Shown one piece after another: positions 35,970-47,596 of a DNA stretch of 64,000 nt. Position numbers and translations under genes: made by a program. Under the pieces are notes generated by a model. The model searched no databases. It was not told where the DNA came from and saw only the letters and a program-made list of their open reading frames with translations. The stretch comes from an uncultured virus (IMG/VR IMGVR_UViG_3300001592_000008). Its lineage: Duplodnaviria; Heunggongvirae; Uroviricota; Caudoviricetes. The stretch is taken from the IMG/VR virus record IMGVR_UViG_3300001592_000008, one strand, 5' to 3'. How positions within the stretch are numbered: position 1 is the first letter of the stretch; every line of letters begins with the position of its first letter.

Positions 35970-38900
35970 CTAACTTATAGAAACACATTCGACTCTTGCT
36001 ATTTGCAATTTCTTTTCGTCACATTGCACCGTGATAGTTGTTCCGCTGATATAATTTATATCAAAAATAAATCTATTCCAGTAAGCTCCTACTGATGTTT
36101 CAGCCACCTTAATCCCATCAATCAGAATAGACATCTTAGAACAATCATAACTATCTCTAAACACTTCAGAATTTGACCAAATAGTATCATTTGAAACATA
36201 TGTTGGAAAATACCTTGCATCCACTCTTATTTGCATTTTAGTTTGCTCATAATCATCTTGAGTTGGAATAATTAAAGATTGGATAAGTGTTTCACCAGCA
36301 ATCAATTCTCTAACTGTTGTTACTCCTTTAGGAAGTGATTCTGTTGCAGCAGAACCAGTAGCTATAACGGGAATGTATTTATTTTTGTTTGCAATGTCAA
36401 CCCAAGCGGTTCCATCATCTAACAAAGTGTTCGCTAACATTGAAATACCTTGTTTGTATGAGACTAACTTGTTTGTATAAATGTTCTTTTCTCCATTACC
36501 GCTTACTGTACATTGTATATCAGAAATAGTAATATCTGAACCTTTTATCAATAAAGCAATCTTATCATACATCATGTATGAATTAAATTTAGAATCAAGA
36601 TTAATAACTCCATTAGTCATTGTTACTTCAACCCATTCACCAAGCGGTTTATCATACCTTTCCATATATTCAGCAGTTGGGTAATNATAAGAACCTGACA
36701 ATGTTACGCCAGAAATGCTACAAATAGGAACATCTGTTCCAGATGTTATATATCCAGATGAGTTAGTAGTTGTAACTACCATTCCATTTATAACCTTTTC
36801 TACAACATAAGATTTATTTAATGACGTTCCATCTCCTCTCGTTATACCAGATACTGTAAAAGAAGTTCCTACTGTCAACAATTCAGCTCCTGAAGTAACA
36901 CCAAACGCTATTGACCTTGTTGCTGGTAATGGGTCTATCAATCCAGTTGTTTTTTTAATATATACATTTGTTATACCAGTTGATACAAGTGTCAATATTA
37001 AAGAAGAAATACCAACACTGTCATAAGGTGTAATTACTTCTAATAGAGCATAATTACCAAATGAAACTGGAGTTTTTGCTTGTATTTTTTGATATTCATC
37101 TTGTATATCTTCAAAAACTTTACCAGAAACATCTAACCTATCAAAATACTTTTCTGTAGCTGAAGTTAAAGCAGAAACTCCACAAGTTAATTCTGAAAAA
37201 CGTTCTGCTCTTTGATAATTATCTTCATATATGAGATTTTGTAAATTAGATGCGTCTATTCCAGTTCTCAATCTGAATAATTTTATTCCCTTTCTCAATC
37301 TTGGTAGGGTATCTAAATATTTTTTCATACCATAAGTCCACAACCAAGCTGTTCTCGTGGATGGATGTGAATTATACCAAAATGGAGAAAAAACGGATTT
37401 AAACAATGCGGCTGCTGTTTTACCCCAATTCATAAATAAATACCCTTTTTCATTTGATAATCTTTGTAATTCATAATAAAAATTACTATTATCATGTTCA
37501 GTGCCCAATATTGGAACTCCTCCGATAGATTTAATAGCTTCTGCTAACTTATTAGTGTTTTCATAATACGTTTCTTTATTTGCGGCAAATAAAGCTCCAT
37601 CATTATCTTGCATTGCAATTACACCATAAGCTATTCCCCATTGTCTAACAGGAATAGAGCCAAGCCATGTTTGATTTTTGTCTATTTTATCAAGACATTC
37701 TAACATATCATCTCCTGAATGACCAAAATTGTAAACAATATAATCGCTCCAAGCTGAAAGATTATTAAGAGCATGTTTACCATACATGCAATAACCATTC
37801 AAAAAAGAATTGCTAAAAAATCCAATTTTATCAGAATTAGCAACATTAATATCAAAATTTGAAGCGTTTTCAAGCAATGAAACTCTTTCTGACAAACCAT
37901 TTAAATCTTTTGGCAAATTAGGATAATCAATAATAAATATTTCCTCATATGGAACATAGGAAGTTGGTGTATTTCCTAATTCAAATTGAATTAAATCATA
38001 ATCAAATTGTTTATTAACGAATTTAACTGTACATTGAAAATAAGAAGAACCGACAGGAGCTTTAATAGCAATATTATTACTTGAACCATATGAACTTCTT
38101 TCAGAACCATCGGCATTCAAGGCTTTAATTGGAGTTGTTCCGTTAGATGCAACAAATCTAATTTCAGCAGTCACTGGACAGCCAGTTGGTAAACAAGGTC
38201 TTTTAATGTAATAAACATTACCTTCTGTTATAGGAATTAATGGACTTATAGCAGAATTAGCTTCAACTGATAAGTTCCCTGTAGTCGTATGAATATAATA
38301 ACCGTTTATTATTTTGCTTTTATCAAATAAATTTTTACTTAAAACTTTTACATAAGTTGCAAAATTTTTGGTATCAAGATAGGTATCAAGATAGGTATCA
38401 AGATAGGTATCACCAGTACTTGGTTTTCTTATATAATCAGGGAAAAATTTGTAAACTTCTCCAGTTGTTATAGTTTCTCCTTTTTGAACTTGCAATCCTT
38501 GTAATTGAGCATCAGTTACGGTATTAACTCCAAATGAAATTACTATGTAAGAAGTAGTTGGGCTGGTAGTAACAATAGCTGGAGCAGTAGGAGGATATGG
38601 ATTTCCCAACAAAACCAATCCGTCTGACAATGAATTTTTATTTTCATCAAAAAATGCTATTACTTTATCAGCTGAATTTATATCAAAAGATATTGCGTAT
38701 TTAGTATTTGGTTCAACTGGTATAAATTCGCTTATAGCTCCTTTGGACGGGTCAGCAGAAGCTAAAATGCTTCCTGGTTTTGATGGAGTTACCTCCATAA
38801 GATATGTAATACCCCCTTTTAGCAGTTTTCCAATTAAAAAGTTGTAAACCAATGTTAACAAAAAAAGAATTGAAAATCTGAAAATAAAGGCTCTGGCTCT

Positions 38901-40075
38901 GTTTCTAATATTGACAAACGATTTACTAAATCTTTTAAATAATCTGATTGTTTTAATGCATCATCTTGTAAATAAAAAGTATTATATGGAACATAGGAAG
39001 TTGGCTGTGGTAATACAATATTTCTAAGAACGTTACTGTTTTTAACAACATTGATGTCCCAACCTGTACCAGTAGATTTTAACCAACAATGTCTTATAAA
39101 TTTAACACCAACTGGAACTAATGCTCCAGTAGAAGTTACATTCAATGCTTTAGAAATAGAATTTCCTTGAGAATCATAAAACCAACTTGAATAATAGTTA
39201 GTGGAAGATGGTATAGAATACAATTTATATGTTTTACCCTCCTTTACTTCTATAAAATCTGAAATAGCACTTCCAACAAATGAACCGACAGATGATACGG
39301 AGCCATTGGCGTCACTCAAATATTTACCATCTTCTATTTTAGAAGCATCTATTAAATTTTCGTTATTCAATAAATAATCAAATAATCTATTAAAATAATT
39401 TCTTATTTGAGTATCTATTGCCTTTTGAGACATTAAAATATTAGGATTAAATCCAGACGTTTGAGAAATCAAAACATTGAGTGATTCTTGAAATTTCCAT
39501 CCTAATTCAGAACCTTCATAAGAATAAACACCATTTTCTGAAGGAGTTGTTGAATTAACAACTGTGATAATATCTCCTACTTTTATATATTTACCATCAG
39601 TTCCTATGGGATTTTCCTTATCAGCGTTCATATCAGAAACGCTCGAATAAGTTTTCTTGATGTTATAATTATAATAAAATGTAGAACTTTCTGCTTGACT
39701 AATTATATTAGTGCTAAAAGATTGTGCACTCCAATATTGAGTATTCCATATCAATATTATAAATACACCTTCCATATCTCCAGTTGTAACTGAAATAGGA
39801 TTTCCATCTTGTCCTATGAAATTTTCAAAAGTAACGGTTTGATTTTGAGCAACTCCTGCTATATAACAAACCCTTGAACTATCAGGCTGAACAGGAGTGG
39901 TGTTTGATTCAGCAACTCCTATTAATGTACTTGTAGCAATGAGCTCTAAACTCCTGATATAATCAAGCATATTCAGAGCATAATCCTGATGATTTTCAGG
40001 TTGTATTTCCGTTCCCACAGGTCTCCCCATGAGAGTTGAAATAATTTTCTGTCTGGTATCTTCGTAACCTGCCAT
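35970..40075 (-). CDS. Tail fibre/receptor-binding protein with an SGNH hydrolase domain (split by two 1-nt insertions near 38860 and 38793)
   Basis: ORFs 38855..40075 and 35970..38861 are bridged by a third-frame segment, VNIGLQLFNWKTAKRGYYISYG, which matches the repeated NL(F/I)D...G(Y/K)Y domains. SGNH-like blocks: FSNSF, GHSGD, DNDG, SHP. Confidence 0.72.
38370..38412. repeat. 12-bp tandem repeat (about 3.5 copies) encoding DTYL
   Basis: (GGTATCAAGATA)x3 + GGTATCA. Confidence 0.9.
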
Positions 40076-40090
40076 AATTGTATTTATTTT

Positions 40091-40984
40091 TTAAGAATAT
40101 TGTTCGTCATATTGAGCTTCCTGATAGTTAGGTTGCTCATCAGCTAAATTATAACTGATAATCATCTCTACCTCCTCAATTGTAGCACGAATATATTTGT
40201 CTTTGAATTCTTGAAGAAGTTCATCATTAGAAGGATATTGAGTTTTTTTCATAACTCTTTGAATCCATATTCCTATTGCTTGTTTAGGTTGAAATTCACT
40301 ACTAATCAATACAGTGTTATCTGCTTTATTTTTCAAATCACCTAAAAAAGTAGCCGTAAAACCTTCGGTGGTAATATAAGAGCATTGAACAGGATTTTCC
40401 AGAACTGTTTCGTCACGTCTCTCAATCCTGAATTTAGTTTCGGTAATTCTCTTTACCGTATAAGTTTCATCATTGCTAAATGCCTCTTCAAATGCTTCCC
40501 AAGTTCCTTCTATTCCTGATTTAAGAACTTCTACGACTACATTGAAAGGGTATAAAGCAATTTCTTCTCCTTCCGAAGCGTATTGCGTTATTTCAATATC
40601 AACGGCAACTCTGTAAAAAGAAGCATCATAGAACTCCGCACTCATAGGCTCTTGATATCTATTAGCAATTTGCTCCATGAGGTAATTAGAACCTACTGAT
40701 ACAGCTGCTATTTTGAAAGTAGCTTCGTTATCAGGGTCAGTTACTATTTTCAACTCAACATCTTTAACAGCCTTATCTAATTGATTTATCAATCCAATAG
40801 CAATAGTCTCTTTTTGTCTTTTTTCTAAAGTATATGAAGAAATTAAATCAAAAAGAGAATTTATTGCCGCATTAGGAACTGGGGTGGAAGAAATATATCC
40901 ACCCAAACTCTTATTCACATCAGACTGAGGATTGTCAGCTGATTTTGCTAATGAGGTACTTGCCCCAGTCAAATATATCATCAT
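40091..40984 (-). CDS. Virion/baseplate-tail fibre connector protein
   Basis: SLGGYISST...LFDLIS...IGIWIQR; position in the baseplate operon. Confidence 0.65.
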   Translation of the reverse strand: MMIYLTGASTSLAKSADNPQSDVNKSLGGYISSTPVPNAAINSLFDLISSYTLEKRQKETIAIGLINQLDKAVKDVELKIVTDPDNEATFKIAAVSVGSNYLMEQIANRYQEPMSAEFYDASFYRVAVDIEITQYASEGEEIALYPFNVVVEVLKSGIEGTWEAFEEAFSNDETYTVKRITETKFRIERRDETVLENPVQCSYITTEGFTATFLGDLKNKADNTVLISSEFQPKQAIGIWIQRVMKKTQYPSNDELLQEFKDKYIRATIEEVEMIISYNLADEQPNYQEAQYDEQYS

Positions 40985-40988
40985 GACT

Positions 40989-42440
40989 TTAAGAATAATT
41001 ACGTTGTTTTGCTTGAGGTTCAATATCAGCAAGATTTATGTTAAATGAACTTTCTGATAAAGTTTCAGATTGACCATTAACATTTTCAAATTGCGCAATA
41101 GCTAAATTTGAATAAGGATAAAGTTTACCACTATTATCAATCATTCTGTATCTAACTTTAACATTGATAATATTTGAAAAATTAGTCAAATCCACGCTCG
41201 GAAAATAAGCATAAAATCGAACTCTACCATTCAAATCAGGAACCGATTTTTTGAAATAGAATGGAATAGAAGGTCTATCAACATTGGAAGATATTTTGAC
41301 CTCATATTCAATTTCATTAAAATTAGGAATTACTATGAAATCATTGTTAGTTTCTTCTATTATTGATGAATCAAAATTTGTTATAAATAACGATTTATTT
41401 GAGTTATCATCAATAGTAACATACTTCATGTTAGTTCTATTTAAAAGAAGCCAACCTTTGAACAAGCCGTCAGGTATGTTGCCACTTCCTAAATAATTAC
41501 ATTGACCTGTGATTATGTTGAATGAATTTGAAGTAGAAGTAGTTATCAATTCATATTTAGTTATGGTATAACCATGTTCTATTATCAATTCAAAATCAGC
41601 CACGGAACTTCCAACGGCTTTAACACCTCCTACTATACCGACACTCAACAAACTCGCTAAAGGATTTTTTGAAGCATCAGAGTTATCGGAGCTTTGTATG
41701 TACGGATTATTGAAAATATATCGAACTCTTTCATCAGATACGCTCATACCCCCCGAACCGTCAAAAGTTATTTTAGCTAAAACAAATTCATCGGATGAAA
41801 TAGAAGGAAGGTCTGCTGAATCAACTATCCTTATGTTATATGAATCGTATTCATATATTTTTTTGTTAGTCTCATCAGCTTGAAATCCAGGAGTGAATGT
41901 TCCAATGACTGAATAACTCAATCCGCTTTCTGGTATGAAATCACCAGAAATAACAGCTGAATTATCAGATACAACATTAACTACTTCATATTCACTCGTA
42001 TTTACAGATGAATTCAATTTAATTTTAACAGGAAAATTTGGTTGTCCTCTCAAAACTTTCAAAAACTCCGTACCGACACCAGATAATGAACCATCTGAAT
42101 TAACGGTCACAGTTCCTTTTTCTATATTGGAAACGTCTCTTGACAAAATGAGCCATCTGTTAACACCTGTATTAGCAATAGTCATTTCCAAATTATTTTC
42201 CATTACTATTGCATTCATATTGGTATCAAACGCCAATCCTGAATTTATGATTACTACGTTTGAACTTCCTGGTTTTATTGTAGTTTTGAAATAAGAATTT
42301 GATGAATTTTGAACTATTCCAAATGATTTCACCAAAGCCTTAAAAGCTCTCTTATATCCATCATCATCTAAGAATTTAATAAGCCTGTTGAGCTCGTTCA
42401 CTTCCAGAAATAGATTAGGACTGAATTTTAATCTTGACAT
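40989..42440 (-). CDS. Baseplate/tail fibre attachment protein
   Basis: FSPNLFLEVNELNR N-terminus and GTVTV...GVGTEF motif; synteny. Confidence 0.65.
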   Translation of the reverse strand: MSRLKFSPNLFLEVNELNRLIKFLDDDGYKRAFKALVKSFGIVQNSSNSYFKTTIKPGSSNVVIINSGLAFDTNMNAIVMENNLEMTIANTGVNRWLILSRDVSNIEKGTVTVNSDGSLSGVGTEFLKVLRGQPNFPVKIKLNSSVNTSEYEVVNVVSDNSAVISGDFIPESGLSYSVIGTFTPGFQADETNKKIYEYDSYNIRIVDSADLPSISSDEFVLAKITFDGSGGMSVSDERVRYIFNNPYIQSSDNSDASKNPLASLLSVGIVGGVKAVGSSVADFELIIEHGYTITKYELITTSTSNSFNIITGQCNYLGSGNIPDGLFKGWLLLNRTNMKYVTIDDNSNKSLFITNFDSSIIEETNNDFIVIPNFNEIEYEVKISSNVDRPSIPFYFKKSVPDLNGRVRFYAYFPSVDLTNFSNIINVKVRYRMIDNSGKLYPYSNLAIAQFENVNGQSETLSESSFNINLADIEPQAKQRNYS

Positions 42441-42453
42441 ATCTTTATCTTTG

Positions 42454-44136
42454 TTAATAATTACTCATGAAAACAAACATATCAGTCATGTTATACGATA
42501 ACAAATACTTTTCTATAATATCTGTAATTTCATCTTGAGATTGATTGTTGTTATTGTTTCTGAAATAACTGTAGAAAAATCTTGAACTTTGAATAAAACC
42601 TAAGCTATGAGAATTTACAGTTCCATTTTTTAATGGTATTATATTAGTTCCTCTGACTAAAGGTCTTATTTTATAATCCCATATGTGTAGTTCAGCAGAT
42701 ACTCCGTTACTAATGAGCTGTATCTTAGGAAGCATGTATTTAACAAATGAATTGTTGAAATATAAATTGGTTCCAAAACCTAAATTAGTAATGCTTTCAT
42801 TTAGGTTTGATGATGAATAAGCGTGTATAATTCCTCTTGCAAAATACCAACAATCTGTTTTTATATTAGTAGTTTCCTTATCAAAGAAANTTNCTGAAAT
42901 ACTATCTCCGTTGGGAGTTATGAATGAATCATTCAATTTATTTTTNAAANTGTCAAATCCTTCTACTCCGAACTTGATTTCAACAGAACTTGATTTACCA
43001 GATACTAATTTAAAAGCAAATGTTATTTCATAGTCCATTCTACTATCAACAACATAAAGATTTTCAGAAACTTCTTGAATATTATCTATTCTTCCAAGTC
43101 CTGATATTCCAGACAAAGATTTCAAATTCAAAATTTTTTTACCATCGCTTTCTGTAGTTATAGCAAAACTTGAATTTCCTTGTTTATTCAAAATGAAATC
43201 GTTCAAGTCAATAAAATCTTTAGTATCTTCTTTCGTTTTGTTGAGATGATAAGCCTGAGCAGTTCCTTGATACATTGGAGAAGATTGACCCATACACCAA
43301 CCTACTTTTTGCAAAGGCATATTCTCATATAAAATCTCATCGCTTCTTTTACTTCGGAGAAGTCTAATAAATTCTCCATCTATTGGTACAATGTTTCCGT
43401 TTGGCAGAACGTCTCCTTTTCTTTTGAATATCATCTCTGTTCCTCTCTTCCTTATCTCGTCATATAAGTGAGAAGCAAGATATTGTAGGTCATCTAAATT
43501 TATATTCTTTTCATCGAAATATAAACCGTACTGCCTAACCTGTTCACGCATTAAATCAAAATCATTTTTGAAGTTTTCAAAACGTTTTGAAAAACAAATA
43601 ATCAATGAGAAAAATCTCGCAACAGAAAAGAATAAATCAATAAAGTCATTATCCTCTTTTTCATCTGAATTTTCTGCTCTTGTTATATACTTAGGCAAGA
43701 TGCCTCTATAATACAATTTTTTGAAAATATTTTCTTCTAATTGCCTCAATTCAATAGTTCCTAACAAATCAGAAAATATACTGGATGTTGCCGTAGGAGC
43801 TACAAATTGTATCTCTTGTCTGCTACCAAAAAAACTAATGTCTTGAAACTCTACAACTCCAGTATTATAAGTTCCAATTCTTGTATATTTAACTTGAATC
43901 AACAATGAATTATCTGAAATGTAATTATCAGAAGATAGATTTTCGTTAGTCAAATCTTTCCAATCGCTCCAAAAAATTCCATCTGCTGAAATTCTAAATT
44001 CTTTGGTTACATTTCTCGTATCGGTTAAACCAACAAGAACATCTGAATACTCGGAAAATGTAACTTTCCCAGTTATCTTTGTAGAAACATTTATTATGAG
44101 AATGTCTCCGATAGATTGTAATACATTATCCTTCAT
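42454..44136 (-). CDS. Baseplate wedge protein (gpI/gp7-like)
   Basis: Follows baseplate J; LPKYI...IRKRGT motif; contains 4 Ns. Confidence 0.6.
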   Translation of the reverse strand: MKDNVLQSIGDILIINVSTKITGKVTFSEYSDVLVGLTDTRNVTKEFRISADGIFWSDWKDLTNENLSSDNYISDNSLLIQVKYTRIGTYNTGVVEFQDISFFGSRQEIQFVAPTATSSIFSDLLGTIELRQLEENIFKKLYYRGILPKYITRAENSDEKEDNDFIDLFFSVARFFSLIICFSKRFENFKNDFDLMREQVRQYGLYFDEKNINLDDLQYLASHLYDEIRKRGTEMIFKRKGDVLPNGNIVPIDGEFIRLLRSKRSDEILYENMPLQKVGWCMGQSSPMYQGTAQAYHLNKTKEDTKDFIDLNDFILNKQGNSSFAITTESDGKKILNLKSLSGISGLGRIDNIQEVSENLYVVDSRMDYEITFAFKLVSGKSSSVEIKFGVEGFDXXKNKLNDSFITPNGDSISXXFFDKETTNIKTDCWYFARGIIHAYSSSNLNESITNLGFGTNLYFNNSFVKYMLPKIQLISNGVSAELHIWDYKIRPLVRGTNIIPLKNGTVNSHSLGFIQSSRFFYSYFRNNNNNQSQDEITDIIEKYLLSYNMTDMFVFMSNY

Positions 44137-44428
44137 AAGTCAAATTCTCATTTTGTTTATTATACTTATTGACATCATCGTTTTCAACATCTAAAATTAA
44201 ATCACCATTACTGTCAATTTCGCCAACCTTATCTCCAACGTATGATAACATCAATTCTCCTTCTTTTCCATTAACATTATCTATGATTTTAGGAGCTGAT
44301 AAAACTTCTGATTTGAAAAGAACAGGAGTAGTGGTTCCATCTTCATTCATATCAGAAAAACATGATACCAAAAAATCTCCGTTTTTATCAACTTCTGTTC
44401 TTGTTTTAACACTTACTTCTGTTCTCAT
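44126..44428 (-). CDS. Hypothetical baseplate-region protein
   Basis: Co-oriented ORF in the operon. Confidence 0.65.
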   Translation of the reverse strand: MRTEVSVKTRTEVDKNGDFLVSCFSDMNEDGTTTPVLFKSEVLSAPKIIDNVNGKEGELMLSYVGDKVGEIDSNGDLILDVENDDVNKYNKQNENLTYEG

Positions 44429-44430
44429 AA

Positions 44431-45627
44431 TTATATGGACATTAATACCGAACTTGAATATGATTCATCAATTTCGTTAGGATAATAAAATTCACTCAAC
44501 ACTCCTCCGTTATCTTCTATGATATTACCATCAAGGTCACGTAATACAAAACCTCTAATGCGAGGAAGTTGATATTTAGGTACGTTTATATCAGAATGAG
44601 GAAAAAAGTGCGTATCGGGCACGTATCTAACGCCTTCAACATTTTTAGCAGCAAACATCATATTTTCCCATTCTACTTTATCACCATATTTCCAAAAACG
44701 ATAATCAAATAATTTTGACATCTGAATTTGTATGTTCTTTCTAACTTCGTCTTGGTCATAAGCAGGGTCAATATCTATTCTGAATTCAACATCAACTGTC
44801 AACCAGTCAACATTATTAAGTTTCAAAGCGTAATTAGTAGAAGTTCTCAGCAATTCTGAAAGTGATAAAAATTCTTCAGAACGACTAAGTATTTCATTGA
44901 ATTCGTTCTCCGAAAAGTTTTGTCCATTAACTGATACGACAATTAGATTGAGCCTTCCATCTGAATCAATTCCTCCTTTGAAGAGCCTTAGAACATTATT
45001 GTTTATCTTCATGAAAACCTGTTCAAGATAAGACAATGTTGTTCTTGATAATTGATTGATATTTTCTTTGATTCTTTGTCTAAATAAATCATCATCCTCT
45101 TGGTCTCTTCCTCCAGTGGCGGCATATTCGTTAGTGCAATTTATATGACCTTGAGGAATTGGAGAAACTTTATTGATTGAAAGTGCGTCAACATTTGCAG
45201 ATAAACCGCTTTGCAAACTTCTCACCTTTAGATAAGCATAACCATTGACTCCAACGGTCAAACTATCTTCTGGTATGAAAACTATTCCAGAAGTAGAAGT
45301 AAATTGATGAGTTCCTGCTATGTATGAAGTTCCTTCATCAGCTACTACTCGAATATATGTAGAGCTAACAGCAGCACCAAATCTCGGAGCTACGCCACGA
45401 ATAACAGCAAGCTGGTCAAGGTATTCCCCATAAGCTGTATCAGGGAAAATATGACCTTCTATTACAGCTTGATTAGCAAGAGTTCTTTGAGCTAATTTAC
45501 CGCAACCGTATGCAATACCATTCAAAACAGATTCATCAGAAACATCGCTAACTTTATCTGTCTTGTTTAAAAATATCTCCAAGAATATCTGTTTCAATTC
45601 ATCTACAGATGTTATTTTTGTTATCAT
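44431..45627 (-). CDS. Baseplate J-like wedge protein
   Basis: TAYGEYLDQLA, GGRDQEDDDLFRQRI, NVEGV. Confidence 0.9.
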   Translation of the reverse strand: MITKITSVDELKQIFLEIFLNKTDKVSDVSDESVLNGIAYGCGKLAQRTLANQAVIEGHIFPDTAYGEYLDQLAVIRGVAPRFGAAVSSTYIRVVADEGTSYIAGTHQFTSTSGIVFIPEDSLTVGVNGYAYLKVRSLQSGLSANVDALSINKVSPIPQGHINCTNEYAATGGRDQEDDDLFRQRIKENINQLSRTTLSYLEQVFMKINNNVLRLFKGGIDSDGRLNLIVVSVNGQNFSENEFNEILSRSEEFLSLSELLRTSTNYALKLNNVDWLTVDVEFRIDIDPAYDQDEVRKNIQIQMSKLFDYRFWKYGDKVEWENMMFAAKNVEGVRYVPDTHFFPHSDINVPKYQLPRIRGFVLRDLDGNIIEDNGGVLSEFYYPNEIDESYSSSVLMSI

Positions 45628-46532
45628 AATTTTAATGTTTTTACAGTTGAATATGAATACTTGGTTTTAATAGAGCAAGTAACATTTATGTCTCCTTGTG
45701 AAAAAACAACATCCGTTACTTCTACTGACTCAAACAAATCATCCTGAAGAAAAACGCTTTGCAAATCTTTTACTAATTCAGTGTAATTATAATTAGCTAC
45801 GTTTTTGCCAGGAAATACATTTTTGCCGAAGTTAGGAAATTCAGGTATGTCACCACGAATTAATTCCAACAATATATTGCATTTTTGCTCTATATTATTT
45901 TCATATTCCTCAATCAGCAAATCGTTTTGTTCTATTGTTATTTTTCTGGAAATGTCTCTACCATATATCTTTTTACCAATCGGCTCTTCTAATATAGTTT
46001 CAACGACAACATCTGTTTTATTATCAATGAAAGCTGTAATAGAAGAAAGTTTATCAATCTCCCAATCACTTTCAGATAAATCATTGTCCAATATCAAGCT
46101 CATTTCATTGATACTATTTGAATCAATTTCCTGCGCTAAATCTTGAACTGTTTTCATTCCTCCGATAGAACCGTCAACTTGAATATATGGTTGATAACCT
46201 CTTTTGGTAGCAGATACTCGGTTGTATTTAGGCAATTTAGTTATCTTTTCAAGAGTATCATTAAGGTCTTGGCAATATTCTTGAAGCTCCCAAAATCCGC
46301 AATTAGATAATTTGCTTGAAAAGTTTATAAATTGTTGCATCAAATTTTTGCTTTTCTTAATCAAAGATTTAAGGTTTACAATATAAGATGAATCAATGCT
46401 TGCTACCTCTCCTTTATAATACGATGAAACATAGGTAAAATCATTTTGCATGAAATTCCTATAATCTTCAAAATACTGTAACAAATTGAATTTCGTTACA
46501 TTTTCAAATTCTATGACAATATCACTAAACAT
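45624..46532 (-). CDS. Baseplate wedge protein (C-terminal gp25-like domain)
   Basis: RGDIPEFPNFG...FLQDD..ESVEV; directly upstream of baseplate J. Confidence 0.65.
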   Translation of the reverse strand: MFSDIVIEFENVTKFNLLQYFEDYRNFMQNDFTYVSSYYKGEVASIDSSYIVNLKSLIKKSKNLMQQFINFSSKLSNCGFWELQEYCQDLNDTLEKITKLPKYNRVSATKRGYQPYIQVDGSIGGMKTVQDLAQEIDSNSINEMSLILDNDLSESDWEIDKLSSITAFIDNKTDVVVETILEEPIGKKIYGRDISRKITIEQNDLLIEEYENNIEQKCNILLELIRGDIPEFPNFGKNVFPGKNVANYNYTELVKDLQSVFLQDDLFESVEVTDVVFSQGDINVTCSIKTKYSYSTVKTLKL

Positions 46533-46533
46533 G

Positions 46534-47298
46534 CTAAATATAACTTAATGAATTGTTTCTTTTTACATCTTTTATCAAATTTCCCAATCCTTGAGCAATT
46601 GCATTTGAAGCAACCGTTTTCAATAATTGAGCATTGCTCTGTTTATTAGTTTTAACAGCAGAGCCAGGAGCTGTTGCTTTCAACTGAAAATCATAAAACC
46701 ATAACATATTATTTTCTATGCTTTGGTTAAATGTGTAATTTACAACGTCAACAACATATGAAGTATTAAAAGCGTAATTATTGAAAATTAGCAAATAAGG
46801 TCTCCTGTCTTTATCTAATTGGTTTGATTTATCTAAAATGAATTTTAACAATTTAGACAATCCATAACCGCTTTTAACCATTATGTTTGTCCCCAATAGC
46901 TTTCCCATATTTCCGTTAAAAAAACTCTTCTTTTCCGAAGGGTCAGTCATATTAGTAACAATTCTAAATTTCCTTCCAAATGTACCTTGCAACGATATAA
47001 CAACTGGAGTGAAAGAATCATTGAATAATGTAACTATACCATTCTTTGTTTTTGTTTGAGTTTGAATTGGAGTTTTACTTTCGGATATGTTATTTGGCAT
47101 AACAACAAATGATATAAATCCTATTTGAGTTTTGTTGCAATCTATGAGTTCCAAAGAACACATATAATACTCATAGTTATCAGGAGCTAACATATGCATT
47201 GCTGAACTGCCTATACTCATAGCAGCATTCAAAGCATTATTAACACTACTATTTACAGCAGTTTTTGAAACTCTCGATATTTGTCCACCTATACTCAT
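46534..47298 (-). CDS. Tail tube initiator/baseplate protein
   Basis: FVVMPNNISES...ISLQGTFG...YDFQLKA. Start set at MSIGGQ. Confidence 0.6.
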   Translation of the reverse strand: MSIGGQISRVSKTAVNSSVNNALNAAMSIGSSAMHMLAPDNYEYYMCSLELIDCNKTQIGFISFVVMPNNISESKTPIQTQTKTKNGIVTLFNDSFTPVVISLQGTFGRKFRIVTNMTDPSEKKSFFNGNMGKLLGTNIMVKSGYGLSKLLKFILDKSNQLDKDRRPYLLIFNNYAFNTSYVVDVVNYTFNQSIENNMLWFYDFQLKATAPGSAVKTNKQSNAQLLKTVASNAIAQGLGNLIKDVKRNNSLSYI

Positions 47299-47327
47299 AA
47301 TTTTATTATTTACAACTTTTATAACTG

Positions 47328-47594
47328 TTATGAAATGGTTCCAGTACCAGGAGAAGTGGTTGAGCCAGTCTGTGCCGTAGGACTTCCAGCAGTAGCTACT
47401 GTTATTCCAGCTTGAACAGTTACAGTAGCTGTTTTTATCCATGCATCAACTCCATCGGCTATTGCGTCAGCTATTGCATTAGCCAAATCTTGTTTGACTT
47501 TATCTGAATCTGACTTTTCATCAATCGGAGCGTCAAACGCTTCCTTTATTTTAGTTTTGAGAGTTGTTCTCAATCCTTCTGTATTTAACGGCAT
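47328..47594 (-). CDS. Small baseplate spike-tip-like protein
   Basis: LANAIADAI...ATVTV..G...GTGTIS directly after the spike gene. Confidence 0.5.
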   Translation of the reverse strand: MPLNTEGLRTTLKTKIKEAFDAPIDEKSDSDKVKQDLANAIADAIADGVDAWIKTATVTVQAGITVATAGSPTAQTGSTTSPGTGTIS

Positions 47595-47596
47595 AA

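Noticed and set aside
35623..38412. CRISPR array or diversity-generating retroelement
   Set aside because: The repeats are too few and too short, lack regular spacers, and there is no cas or reverse transcriptase gene or template/variable repeat pair in the window.
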